A DNA stretch of 64,000 nucleotides. Origin: Candidatus Spongiisociaceae bacterium (GTDB taxonomy: Bacteria; Actinomycetota; Acidimicrobiia; Spongiisociales; Spongiisociaceae). The stretch lies in the NCBI GenBank assembly GCA_965243165.1, contig OZ251535.1, positions 2,703,371 through 2,767,370 of the forward strand, read 5' to 3'. Shown piece by piece: positions 18,594 to 29,107 of this stretch. The notes under the pieces were generated by a model. That model worked only from the letters and a program-made list of their open reading frames with translations, made no database searches and was not told where the DNA came from. How positions within the stretch are numbered: position 1 is the first letter of the stretch; each line of letters opens with the position of its first letter. Position numbers and translations under genes: made by a program.

Positions 18594-19841
18594 GTGAGCA
18601 GCGCCGCCGCCCCGTCCGTGAGCGCTTCCTTCGACCCCTACGACCCTGCGTTCTTGGAAGACCCCTATCCGGTGTTCGACCGCATCCGGGAGGAGGCGCC
18701 GGTCTTCCGCCGCCCCGGCAGCCACGGACGCCCGGCTTGGTTCCTCACCCGCTACGAAGACGTCCGCCGGGCGCTGCGCGACCGCCGGCTGGGGCGCATC
18801 CACCAGCAGGCCGTGGACCGGAAGGAATGGGGCCTGCCTCCGCTCCGCCCCGGCTGGGAAGACTTCTACGACGTGGAGTACTGGTCGGTGGTGTGGCTGG
18901 AGCCGCCCGACCACACCAGGATCAGGGGGCTGGTGATCAGAGCCTTCACTCCGGGGCGGGTGGCCGGGCTGAAGCCGCGCATCGTCCACCACGCCGACCG
19001 GTTGCTCGATGCAGTCCTGGAGCGGGGGCGGATGGACGTTGTGGCCGACTACGCGGCGCCCCTGTCGGTTCGGGCGGTCGCCGAGCTGCTGGGCGCGCCC
19101 GTCTCCGACTGGCGCCGGATGCTCGGCTGGTCGCACCGGATCACCCGGATGTACGAGCTGAACACCACCGAAGCCCAAGCCCGCTCCGCGGTGGAGGCCT
19201 GCGGGGAGTTCCGGGAATACTGCCTGGATCTGATGCGGCGGCGCCGGGCCGATCCGCAGGACGACCTGATCACCGCCCTGTGCTTCGCCCGCGCCGGGGG
19301 CGGCGCCCTGACCGACCCCCAGATCGTGTCGATGATCATCACCCTGCTGAACGCCGGGCATGAGGCAACGGTGAACACCCTGGCCAACGGCCTGCTGGCC
19401 CTGATGCGCCATCCCGAGCAGTGGCGCCTGCTGACCGAAGGCAGGGTGGGGGCCAGGACCGCCGCCGAAGAGCTGTTCCGCTGGGATGCGCCCATCCAGA
19501 CCTTCGACCGGTGGGTGCTGTCCGAAGACGGCTACGAGGCGGGCGGCCGGCGGATGGGCCGATACGAACAGGTAACGGTGATGCTCGGCTGCGCCAACCG
19601 GGACCCCCGCCGTTTCGAGGCTCCGGGCGAGTTCCGGATCGGGCGGGGCGACCCCGGCCACGTCAGCTTCGGCGGCGGAATCCACCACTGCCTCGGCGCC
19701 CCCCTCGCCCGCCTGGAGATCGAGGTTGCCCTGTCCCGCCTGGCCGCCCGCTGCCCCCGCCTGGAGCTGGCCGCCCAACCGGTGCGCCCGCCCCGATTCG
19801 TCCTGCGGGGCTTCGACTCCCTCGAGCTGGCCGTCCTGTAA
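18594..19841 (+). CDS. Cytochrome P450
   Basis: I-helix LLNAGHEAT, K-helix EELFR (ExxR), ANRDP, heme motif FGGGIHHCLG. Confidence 0.95.
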   Translation: MSSAAAPSVSASFDPYDPAFLEDPYPVFDRIREEAPVFRRPGSHGRPAWFLTRYEDVRRALRDRRLGRIHQQAVDRKEWGLPPLRPGWEDFYDVEYWSVVWLEPPDHTRIRGLVIRAFTPGRVAGLKPRIVHHADRLLDAVLERGRMDVVADYAAPLSVRAVAELLGAPVSDWRRMLGWSHRITRMYELNTTEAQARSAVEACGEFREYCLDLMRRRRADPQDDLITALCFARAGGGALTDPQIVSMIITLLNAGHEATVNTLANGLLALMRHPEQWRLLTEGRVGARTAAEELFRWDAPIQTFDRWVLSEDGYEAGGRRMGRYEQVTVMLGCANRDPRRFEAPGEFRIGRGDPGHVSFGGGIHHCLGAPLARLEIEVALSRLAARCPRLELAAQPVRPPRFVLRGFDSLELAVL

Positions 19842-19913
19842 ACCACCCTCCACACATCTTGCGGGAGTCTGACGGATAGATCGCTGGCTCGTTGAAGTCC
19901 GAACCGATCGGCT

Positions 19914-22127
19914 CTAATTACCCGCCTCTCTCAAGAGAACATTGGCCAGCTCAATACCAGCTTGCTTGTCTATAGGAGAATTGCTGCCGCTGTACGATTT
20001 TGCTGGCTCTATACAATTCTGACAACCTCTTCTGCACTCACAGTTTGTAGCAATTTCTATTCCTTTTTCTAATACCGAGGGTCAAACATCAAATAGCTTT
20101 CTGGCAATACCGATACCACCTGAATAACTCTCATAATTAAAAACGGTAGGCTGTTCACGCAACTTCGAATAGCTACTGCTATCAAATCGGTCGGCCGGAA
20201 TAACGAACATCGATCCCACTCGTAACAAATGTTCTAAAGCACCAATACCCCTGGTAATTAGTTCACTAGGTACCCTCCATTCTACCCAAAAAGCATGCCG
20301 GTCGTTTTCATACAAAGTCATCTGAGTGCCGCCCCAATCAACCACATTACCGCGCTCATCTATAATATTATAGCCTGTGAGGTTTGAGACAATATCCAGT
20401 GAACCGTAATATATTACAGCATTTTTGTGTACGATTTGGTCATAAATATCGCCAATGTAAGAGTAGGTATAGAAAGTAGGTTCGGTACGAAGATGTGGTT
20501 CTGCATCCTTAAGTGCGACCGCTTTTTCCTCATGAGATGTTACACGATAATTCTTGCCCAAAAACGTAAAAATAGCACCAATATATGCTTCCCTCAACCT
20601 CCGAAGCTCAGAGATTTGACCAATTTTTTTTCCTCCATATTTGAGGTCATATGACTGCCCAATACTTCCTCGTATATTCAGACGATAATGAGGTCTATAC
20701 CGACGAGGTAATTCTCTATCATCAGCCTTAGTAGCTTGATAGAACTTGTCGCCAAGAATACTTTTCTCTGAAGGAAGAACATATCCTTCTGTCTCCACGT
20801 TGATCAAATCCAGATGCCTTTTAATCAAGGATTCGTTGGCTGGATCAATCACCAACGAATCAAATCTTTGCTTCAGAAAGCCATCTAAGTTGCGAACAAA
20901 GAACCTATCTATAGGATCGTTCATCGCATACAACAATACGAAAGCATCTCTATCCCAGCCTCTTCCTGCTCGTCCAATCTGTTGCCAAGCAGACATAACA
21001 CTAGGCGGAAAACCCGCCATGATTACTCCATTTAGACCCCCAATATCTAAACCTAATTCTAGGGCATTAGTTGTTAGTACAACTCTAATAGATCCCTCGC
21101 GTATTTCTTGCTGTATTATTTGTTTTTCATCACCTTCCATATCGGCATGAAATGGTGATATTAAACTAGGATCAAAACCTATTTCCTCTGCTTTGGCACG
21201 ACTAGCCTTACACGCCTCTTCCAGAAATTTCTTTGTCTGGCAAAATATGAGTACTCGGAAATTGCTTTGAAGACAGGCTATCGCGGCCATTTCAATTCTC
21301 CATTTAAGTATATCTCTATACCTGTAGTCAGGTATTTTTGGATCTACAAATATAAAGTGTCTTCTAGGTCGAAAAGATCTGGCTGTAACGACTTGTATAG
21401 TATCTCTTCCGGTTAGATTCTTAGCATGCTCCAATGGATTTGCACACGTGGCAGTTGACAAGAAAAAAGTCGGAGAAACCCCTGACCGATTTAAGTGCAG
21501 AAAAAAGCGCCTCAAGAGCAATGCCATATTGCTACCAAAAAATCCACGATATTCATGCATCTCATCAAGAACGACATAGCGGAGATTCCGCAAGAAACTT
21601 GTCCATTGGTCCCTCCATCCCAAAAAGGACATGTTGAGGTACTCTGGATTAGTCAATAGAATATCAAGCGGACTAGCTTTAAGAGCCTTCCTAGAAGATT
21701 CGTCAACATTGCCGTCATATGGCCAAGATTCAAATCCAAGTGGTTTGGCTATACTCTGAATCTGCTCTCTCTGATCGAAGGCCAAAGCCTTCATAGGATA
21801 TATCATCAAAGCATGTGAAGCTCTTTTACGCTTTAAAATATGAAGCATTGAAGCCGTAAAAGCCAAGGTCTTACCGCTAGCCGTTGGCGACTCCAAGACT
21901 ACATCCTTGCCATTTATTGATTGAGTTATCGCGTCGGCTTGGTGTTGATAAGGCCGCTGGAACCCATTATCTATCAACACTTTACGGATAGAAGTATCCA
22001 ATTGACGGGGCCACTCTTCGGCATACGGAGGGCGCAGAGACTCAAGGGTCCTGACAGTTATCCGGTCATCACCTCGTAAGGCATCAACCTCTTTGAGCTT
22101 TTCAACAAAACCTTTTACGTCCATCAT
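19914..22127 (-). pseudogene. YprA/SftH-family DEAD/DEAH helicase with a C-terminal DUF1998-like Cys cluster, interrupted by one in-frame TGA at 20082-20084
   Basis: SPTASGKT, TNPEYL, LDEMHEY, SATCAN, ALELGLDIG, QQIGRAGR. The same frame continues past the TGA as PSVLEKGIEIATNCECRRGCQNCIEP...AGN to a TAG at 19914. Strongly AT-richer than its flanks. Confidence 0.85.
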
Positions 22128-22143
22128 CGTCCCTTTCGGCGGC

Positions 22144-24396
22144 TCATGTTCTTGTGAGCTTTTCGAGGGGCGCCCAGCTGAGGAGGAGCCGTTTTTCGCC
22201 TCGGCCGGGGAAGTGGATCACGGCTTCGGCCCGGTTGCCTCGACCGTCCACCGAACGGACTTCTCCCCGGCCCCATAGGTCGTGCTCTACCAGGTCGCCG
22301 GGTTCTATCTCGTCGCCCGACAGGGTGCGGGGCGCCTTGCCCGCCGACTCCCGCCGGGGGTCTCTGATGCGGTCTTCCGCCAGATCTACCAGGTCGATGG
22401 GCATCTCTTTCAGGAAACGGGAGGACGGGTTGGAAGAGGGCATCCCGTAGAGCATGCGGCTCCGCGACCATGAAACGTAGAGGAGCTGCTGGGCGCGGGT
22501 CATCCCCACGTAGCAGAGCCGCCGCTCCTCCTCGAGCTCTTCGTGCTCGGTCACGGCCCGCTGGTGGGGGAACAAACCCTCCTCCATGCCGACCATGAAC
22601 ACCACCGGGAACTCGAGGCCTTTGGCGCTGTGCAGGGTCATGAGCGCCGCCGACCCGCTGTCCTCGTCCAGCTCGTCGATGTCGCTGACGAGGGTCACCG
22701 ACTCCAGGAAGGTCTCCAGAGGGGCCAGTCCGCCCTCCCCGCCGCCGTCCTCCCCGTCCAAGCCTTCTTCCCTGGAGCGCTGCTCGAAGTCCTCGGCCCC
22801 GGACACCAGCTCCCGCAGGTTCTCGGCCCGGCCGACCGCCTCGAAGGTGCCCTCCTGTTCCACATAGTCGAGATATCCGATGTCCTCGAGCACCGCCCTC
22901 ACCGCCGCCGCCGGGCCCTGGGCGGCGCTCTCCTCCAGGTCTTTTATCTTCTCCAGGAAACCCTGCACCGCATTCACCGCCCGCGCCGCCAGAAGGGGTA
23001 TTTCCTCCGCCCGCCTCAAAGCCGCCAGGAAGGGGATCCGCTCCGCCCCGGCGAAGTGCTCGACGCGGCCGATGGTGGTGTTGCCGATGCCCCGCCGGGG
23101 GAGGTTGACCACCCGCTTGACCGAGATGTCGTCGTCGGGGTTGCAGAGCAGGCGCAGGTAGGCCAGCACGTCCTTGATCTCCCGGCGCTCGTAGAACCTC
23201 ACCGAGCCGATCACGTTGTGGGGGACGCCGCCGCGGGTGAAGACATCCTCCAAGACCCGGCTCTGGGCGTTGACCCGGTACAGCACCGCGATGTCGGAGT
23301 AGCTGAAGCGCCCGGACTCCACCAGGCCGGCCGCCGCCTCCGCCGCAAACCCGGCCTCGTCGTGCTCGTCCTGGGCGTCGTAACGGACGATGGGGTCCCC
23401 TGTTCCCAGATCGCTCCACAGGTGCTTGGGATCCCGCCGCCAGTTGTTGGCGATGACCGCATTGGCGGCCGAGAGGATGGTCTCGGTCGAGCGGTAGTTC
23501 TGGTCGAGCACCACCACCCTGGCCTGGGGGTAGTCCCGCCGGAAGTCGAGGATGTTGCGGATGTCGGCGCCCCGGAACCGGTAGATGGCCTGATCGGCGT
23601 CGCCCACCGCGCAGATGTTGGCGCGCTCTCCGGCCAGCTGCCTCACCAGCTTGTATTGGGCGCGGTTGGTGTCCTGGAACTCGTCCACGTGCAGGTAGCG
23701 GAACTGTTCCTGGTAGTGCTCCAGCACCTCGGGGAACGCGTCGAAGAGGGAAACGGCCGTCATGAGCAGGTCGTCGAAGTCCATGGCCGAGGCGTCCATC
23801 AGCCGCTGCTGGTAGAGGCGGTATATCTCCGCCAGGTTGCGGCGCCGGAAACTGTCCTGCTGGCTGCGGAAGGTCTCGTAGTCGATCAGCTCGTTCTTGG
23901 CGTTGGAGATGGCGGCCCGCACCTGCCGGGGCGGGTAGTACTTCGGATCGAAGTCGAGGTCTTTGACGGCCGCCGTTACCGCCCGCAGGGAATCTTGGGC
24001 GTCGTAGATGGTGAAGGCGGAGCGGTAGCCGAGCCGGGGCGCCTCCCGCCGCAGGATGCGCGCGCACGCCGCGTGGAAGGTGGACACCCACATGCTGCGC
24101 ACCACCCCCCCCACCAGGCCGCCGACCCGTTCCTTCATCTCCCCCGCCGCCTTGTTGGTGAAGGTGATGGCCATGACCTCCCAGGGGGGGACGCCCAGGC
24201 CGCGGATCAGGTGGGCGACCCGGTAGGTGATCACCCTGGTCTTGCCCGAACCGGCCCCGGCCACCACCAGCACCGGCCCTTCGGTGGCCGCCGCCGCCTC
24301 CCGCTGCCGGGGGTTCAGGCCGTCCAGCAGGGCAGAGTCCGCCGGAGCGGCCCTGGGCGCGTCGGTTTCCATCAGCTGCACCATCCCGGACATCAT
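22144..24396 (-). CDS. pcrA: ATP-dependent DNA helicase PcrA/UvrD (exact start uncertain, 24372-24396)
   Basis: AGAGSGKT, TFTNKAA, STFH, VDEFQDTN, VGDADQAIY, QNYRST, MTLHSAKGLEF, EEERRLCYVGMTRA. Confidence 0.95.
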   Translation of the reverse strand: MMSGMVQLMETDAPRAAPADSALLDGLNPRQREAAAATEGPVLVVAGAGSGKTRVITYRVAHLIRGLGVPPWEVMAITFTNKAAGEMKERVGGLVGGVVRSMWVSTFHAACARILRREAPRLGYRSAFTIYDAQDSLRAVTAAVKDLDFDPKYYPPRQVRAAISNAKNELIDYETFRSQQDSFRRRNLAEIYRLYQQRLMDASAMDFDDLLMTAVSLFDAFPEVLEHYQEQFRYLHVDEFQDTNRAQYKLVRQLAGERANICAVGDADQAIYRFRGADIRNILDFRRDYPQARVVVLDQNYRSTETILSAANAVIANNWRRDPKHLWSDLGTGDPIVRYDAQDEHDEAGFAAEAAAGLVESGRFSYSDIAVLYRVNAQSRVLEDVFTRGGVPHNVIGSVRFYERREIKDVLAYLRLLCNPDDDISVKRVVNLPRRGIGNTTIGRVEHFAGAERIPFLAALRRAEEIPLLAARAVNAVQGFLEKIKDLEESAAQGPAAAVRAVLEDIGYLDYVEQEGTFEAVGRAENLRELVSGAEDFEQRSREEGLDGEDGGGEGGLAPLETFLESVTLVSDIDELDEDSGSAALMTLHSAKGLEFPVVFMVGMEEGLFPHQRAVTEHEELEEERRLCYVGMTRAQQLLYVSWSRSRMLYGMPSSNPSSRFLKEMPIDLVDLAEDRIRDPRRESAGKAPRTLSGDEIEPGDLVEHDLWGRGEVRSVDGRGNRAEAVIHFPGRGEKRLLLSWAPLEKLTRT

Positions 24397-24517
24397 ACCG
24401 AAGGGCTGTGACCCAATTCCATCCCTGTGATTAGCCTCGATGGAGAGAGGCGCGCCTGTCGAACCGGTATCATTTCATCACAGCGGCTCGGCCGAGCCGG
24501 AGAGGAGGATCCTCGAC

Positions 24518-24814
24518 ATGAACTACTCCTACGACTACGACACGGAAGCTCTCTACATCGAGCTCTCGGACAATCCAGTGAACGAGACGCGCTGGTTGGA
24601 CGCCGGCGCGATGGTGGACCTCGACGAGTCGGGCGGGGTGGTGGGGATCGAAGTGCTGCGGCCCGGGCGGCCTTGGCCTGTGGCCGAGATCATGAATCGG
24701 TTCCCCCTCGCCGAGGACGACAAGTTGCTGCTCAACTCCATGTGGGACACCGTCGAGCACAAGCGCTGGGCTTTTGCAACGCCTTTGGGCGACCTTGCCC
24801 CCCGCCGCGTCTAG
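24518..24814 (+). CDS. DUF2283-domain protein
   Basis: YDYDTEALYIEL...VDLDESGGVVGIEVL pattern; gaggagg RBS. Confidence 0.8.
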   Translation: MNYSYDYDTEALYIELSDNPVNETRWLDAGAMVDLDESGGVVGIEVLRPGRPWPVAEIMNRFPLAEDDKLLLNSMWDTVEHKRWAFATPLGDLAPRRV

Positions 24815-25062
24815 ATGAGAAGTTCCAAGGGATCGGGGGCGGTGCACATCCCTGCTTGAGCCGCATACGCAGGCTCTTCTCCGGCAAGCCCCGGCCCGCG
24901 AAGGCCATGGCACTCGGTTTGCCGCCCCGCTTCCCAACGAGACGGGCAGCCGTACGATTCGATTCGGCCCGAGCTGAGCGGCTGGATGGGCGTGGGCGAG
25001 AGGCCGTCAGGAACACCGCTTCCGAGTCTGTCCCTTCCCGGATCTGGGCCGCCTCCGAGTGG

Positions 25063-25465
25063 GGCCGGAGGATCGAAGCGGTCGAGTCCGCGAAAGTTCT
25101 CCGAACATACGTACCCCTTGCCGGAAGCCCCGAATTTTGGTATACCTATTGGGCTGATGCACAAACACCGCCGCGAGTTCTGGAGAGGGCGGCGGTCAGA
25201 GACGGATCCCGTTCGATCCGGCCCCGTCGGGCCGGGGGCGGCCTCGTGCGGCCCGGCGGATTTTCGTTCAAGGAGGCGGCGGCGGGGGATGGGCCCGGCG
25301 TTGCCGGCGGCGGGGGGCGATTTTCGCGGACTTCAAGGGTTTGGGTTGGGATCGGACTTTCGCGGACTCAAGGGCATTTTTGGATTGGGACTCGAGGGTA
25401 TTTGGGTTGGGAATGAACTTCGAGCCATGGTGGCACGAGTTCTTGTCAGGGGCAGCCTTGGAGCC
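25063..25465 (-). repeat. Dispersed ~350-400-bp intergenic repeat, copy C
   Basis: The reverse complement reads ggctccaaggctgcccctgacaagaac...tgaccgccgccctctccagaactcgcggcggt...gtataccaaaattcggggcttccgg...cgcttcgatcctccggcc. It starts just after the guaA stop. Confidence 0.9.
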
Positions 25466-25481
25466 GCCCATCGGCGCGGGG

Positions 25482-27062
25482 TCATTCCCACTCGATGGTG
25501 GCGGGGGGTTTGGAGGAGATGTCGTAGGCGACCCGGTTGACGCCGGGGACTTCGTTGATCACCCGGCCGGAGATCCGTTCCAGCACTTCGTAGGGGATGC
25601 GGGCGAAGTCGGCCGTCATGGCGTCGTCGGAGGTAACGGCCCTCACCACCAGGGCGTGGGCGTAGGTGCGGCTGTCGCCCTGGACGCCGACTGTCTTGAC
25701 GCCGGGCAGCACCGCGAACGACTGCCAGATCTCCCGGTGCAGGCCGGCCCCCCTGATCTCTTCGGCCACTATCGCGTCCGCCGCCCGGAGGATGCGCAAC
25801 CGCTCCCTGGTTACCTCCCCGATCACCCGCACCGCCAGCCCCGGACCGGGGAACGGCTGGCGCCAAACGATCTCTTCGGGCAGGCCCAGCTCCTCCCCCA
25901 CCGCCCGCACCTCGTCTTTGAACAGGCCCCGGAGCGGCTCGATCAGATCGAAGGAAAGGTCGTCGGGCAGGCCCCCCACGTTGTGGTGGGTCTTGATGGT
26001 GGCGGCCATCCCCCCGCCCGACTCGATCACGTCCGGATACAGGGTGCCCTGCACCAGGAACCGGGCGTCGGGGACGGCGGCGGCGGCTTCCTCGAAGGTG
26101 CGGATGAACAGCTCTCCGATGACGGTGCGCTTCCGCTCGGGGTCGGTCACCCCCGCCAGGGCCGCCAAGAACCGGTCCGCCGCTTCGACGTGAACCAGCT
26201 CCGCCTCGAAGTGCCGCCGGAAGGCCTCTACCACCTGGGCGGCCTCCCCTTCCCGCAGCAGGCCGTGGTCGACGAAGATGCAGGTGAGGCGGTCCCCCAC
26301 CGCCCGGTGCGCCAAGGCGGCCGCCACCGCCGAGTCCACCCCGCCCGACAGGCCGCATATCACCCCCGCGCCCCCGGCCTTGTCCCTAACCGCCTCCACC
26401 TGCTCGGCGATGATCGACCCGCTGGTCCAGGAGGGCGGGGCTTGGCACGCCCGTCGGAGGAACGCCTCCAGCATGGCCGTTCCGTGCTCGGTGTGGGCCA
26501 CTTCGGGGTGGAACTGGACGCCATACACCCCCCGGCGGGCGTGCTCCATGACCGCCGCCGGAGACCCGCCGGTGGAAGCCGTGACCTCGAAACCGCCGGG
26601 CGGAGCCGTGACCGAATCGGCATGGCTCATCCAGACGTCCTGGCGGGAGGGGGTTCCGTCCAGGATCAGCGAAGGGCCGGAGGCCGTCAGGGACACCCGC
26701 CCGTATTCGGCGCCCGGGGTGCGCTCCACCCGCCCGCCCAGCATCTGGGCGAGGAGCTGGTGTCCGTAGCAGATGCCCAGCACCGGCGCCCCCAGCTCGA
26801 GCAGGCCCGGGTCGATCCGGGGGGCGCCCTCCTCGTACACCGACATGGGGCCGCCGGAGAGGATGATCCCCAGCGGGCGCATCCGGGCGGCTCGGCGGGC
26901 GTCGATCGTGTGGGGGGCTATCAGCGAGAACACCCCCGCCTGGCGCACCCGGCGGGCGATCAGCTGGGCGTACTGGGCGCCGAGGTCGACCACCAGCACC
27001 GGGCGGTGGACGGCCTCCCCCCCGGCGGCCGGCCCCTCCCCGCCGGTCTGCTCCGGGTTCAC
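25482..27062 (-). CDS. guaA: GMP synthase (glutamine-hydrolysing)
   Basis: [63 protein letters not shown]. Confidence 0.97.
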   Translation of the reverse strand: MNPEQTGGEGPAAGGEAVHRPVLVVDLGAQYAQLIARRVRQAGVFSLIAPHTIDARRAARMRPLGIILSGGPMSVYEEGAPRIDPGLLELGAPVLGICYGHQLLAQMLGGRVERTPGAEYGRVSLTASGPSLILDGTPSRQDVWMSHADSVTAPPGGFEVTASTGGSPAAVMEHARRGVYGVQFHPEVAHTEHGTAMLEAFLRRACQAPPSWTSGSIIAEQVEAVRDKAGGAGVICGLSGGVDSAVAAALAHRAVGDRLTCIFVDHGLLREGEAAQVVEAFRRHFEAELVHVEAADRFLAALAGVTDPERKRTVIGELFIRTFEEAAAAVPDARFLVQGTLYPDVIESGGGMAATIKTHHNVGGLPDDLSFDLIEPLRGLFKDEVRAVGEELGLPEEIVWRQPFPGPGLAVRVIGEVTRERLRILRAADAIVAEEIRGAGLHREIWQSFAVLPGVKTVGVQGDSRTYAHALVVRAVTSDDAMTADFARIPYEVLERISGRVINEVPGVNRVAYDISSKPPATIEWE

Positions 27063-28219
27063 CCCATCCCGACCTGCTGGCGGCGCTGCAGCTCCTTGCC
27101 TTCGGTGCGGACGGCGGGGGCCACCATGACTTCGGCCTGCTGGAAACCCTTGAGGTCGGCGTAGCCGGTGGCGCCCAGCGCCATCCTCAGCCCTCCGAAC
27201 AGGTTCTGCCGTCCGTCGTTCTCATAGGCCGGCCCCACCAGTATCTCCTCCAAGGGGCCGATCCGGTCCACCATCACCCGGGCGCCGCGGGGAAGGGTGG
27301 GGTGGAAGGCGGCCATCCCCCAATGGGCGCCCCGGCCAGGCGCTTCGTCCGCCGCCGCCAGCGGGGAACCGATCATCACCGCATCGGCCCCGCAGGCGAA
27401 GGCCTTGGCGATGTCCCCGCCGGTGCTCATCCCCCCGTCGGCGATCACGTGTACGTAGCGGCCGGTCTCGTCCCGGTGCCTGCTCCGGGCGGCGGCGGCG
27501 TCGGCGACGGCGGTGGCCTGGGGCGCTCCGACCCCCAGCACGCCCCGGGTGGTGCAGGCGGCGCCCGGCCCCACCCCCACCAGCACCCCCGCCGCGCCGG
27601 TGCGCATCAGGTGGAGGGCGCCCGAGTAGGAGGCGCACCCGCCCACGATCACCGGCAGGTCCAGGCGGGCGATGAACTGGTAGAGGTCGAGGGGCGCCTC
27701 GCGGGTGGACAGGTGCTCGGCGGAGACCACGGTGCCCTGGATCACCAGTATGTCCAGGCCGGCCGACAGGACCACGTCGAGGTAGCGTTCCACGTTCTGG
27801 GGGGTGAGGGACGCTCCAGACACCACCCCGGCCTCTTTGATCTCGGTGATCCGCCGGTGCATCAGGTCAGGAACGACCGGGCTGCGGTAGAGCTCCTGCA
27901 TGCGCCGGGTGGCCTTCTCGGCGGGGAGGGAGGCGATCTCCTCGTACACGGGCGCCGGATCCTCGTAGCGGGACCACAGGCCTTCGAGGTTGAGGACGCC
28001 GAGGCCGCCCAACCGCCCGACGGCAACGGCGGAGGCGGGGCTGATGGCCGAATCCATGGCCGAGCCGAGCATGGGGAGGCCGAACTCGAAACCGCCGATC
28101 TCCCAGGAGATGTCCACGTCGTCGGGGTTGCGGGTGCGGCGGCTGGGGACGATGGAGATGTCGTCGAAGCCGTAGGCCCGCCGCCCCGACTTGGCCATGC
28201 CGATTTCTACCGCCGCCAC
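27059..28219 (-). CDS. guaB3: GuaB3-family IMP dehydrogenase-related protein
   Basis: [49 protein letters not shown]. Confidence 0.9.
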   Translation of the reverse strand: MAAVEIGMAKSGRRAYGFDDISIVPSRRTRNPDDVDISWEIGGFEFGLPMLGSAMDSAISPASAVAVGRLGGLGVLNLEGLWSRYEDPAPVYEEIASLPAEKATRRMQELYRSPVVPDLMHRRITEIKEAGVVSGASLTPQNVERYLDVVLSAGLDILVIQGTVVSAEHLSTREAPLDLYQFIARLDLPVIVGGCASYSGALHLMRTGAAGVLVGVGPGAACTTRGVLGVGAPQATAVADAAAARSRHRDETGRYVHVIADGGMSTGGDIAKAFACGADAVMIGSPLAAADEAPGRGAHWGMAAFHPTLPRGARVMVDRIGPLEEILVGPAYENDGRQNLFGGLRMALGATGYADLKGFQQAEVMVAPAVRTEGKELQRRQQVGMG

Positions 28220-28312
28220 TGTTTCCGCCTTCCGTTCGCCGCCGCTCGAGCGAACATGAAACTACCAGACCCCAGGCCGGCCGCCGCTGCGCCCCGGCTA
28301 CCCTGCGCGCCC

Positions 28313-29092
28313 ATGGAAAGCACCCGCTGGCGCTGGTACGACACCCCGGCCGTATTGGCGGGCGGGGTGCTGGCCGCCCTGCTGGGGGGGTTGGCGGGCG
28401 GAATCGCGTTCGGCCCCGGTTCGGCGGAAGCCCTGTTCTGGCTGGTGATCCCCGCCCAGAACCTGGGGATGATCGGCGCCTTGGTGTGGCTGGGCCGCCG
28501 CCGGGGGTGCAGCAGGCCGGCCCGCGAGCTGGGCCTGGAGGTCGAGCCCCGCCAGGGGTGGTGGGTGCTGGCCGGCGTGGGCGCCTCGATCGCCTTCGCC
28601 TTCCTGGCCGCCGGCCTGCTGGAGCTGCTGGGGGTGGAACCCCGCCCCCAGGCCGTCTTGGAGCAGATGATCCAGACCCGGAGCGCCCCCGCCGCGGCGG
28701 CGGTGGTGATCGGGGTGGTGATCCTGGGGCCGGTGGCCGAAGAGCTCCTCTACCGAGGCCTGACCATGCAGACCGTCCTCCAAGGGGGCCGCCCGCCCGC
28801 CTTGGCGGTCTGGGTTTCGGCCGCGGTCTTCACCGCAGCCCATCTGGCCGACCCGTCCCTCTTCTCGGCGGCGGGGGCGGTGACCCTGGCGCTGCTGTTC
28901 CTGTTCGGCCTGTTCCTGGGGGCGGTGAGGATCCGCACCGGCGGCCTGGGGGCCCCGATCTTCGTCCACAGCGGGTTCAACCTGACCACGGTGCTGGCGC
29001 TGTTCTACGGCCCCGATCCGACGTGGAGCGCAGAGGGCGGAGCGGCGGGGATCGGCTTGGCGGGGGCACTGCTCCCGTTCTTCGCGGCCTGA
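28313..29092 (+). CDS. CPBP (CAAX/Abi) intramembrane metalloprotease
   Basis: PVAEELLYRG, FTAAH and PIFVHSGFN motifs with multiple TM segments. Confidence 0.9.
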   Translation: MESTRWRWYDTPAVLAGGVLAALLGGLAGGIAFGPGSAEALFWLVIPAQNLGMIGALVWLGRRRGCSRPARELGLEVEPRQGWWVLAGVGASIAFAFLAAGLLELLGVEPRPQAVLEQMIQTRSAPAAAAVVIGVVILGPVAEELLYRGLTMQTVLQGGRPPALAVWVSAAVFTAAHLADPSLFSAAGAVTLALLFLFGLFLGAVRIRTGGLGAPIFVHSGFNLTTVLALFYGPDPTWSAEGGAAGIGLAGALLPFFAA

Positions 29093-29107
29093 GGCGGTGA
29101 AGCAGGT

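Noticed and set aside
20082-20084. TGA recoding (Trp or Sec) in the helicase
   Set aside because: TGA is the normal stop in many genes here and the position is not a Cys site. A nonsense mutation or read error is simpler.
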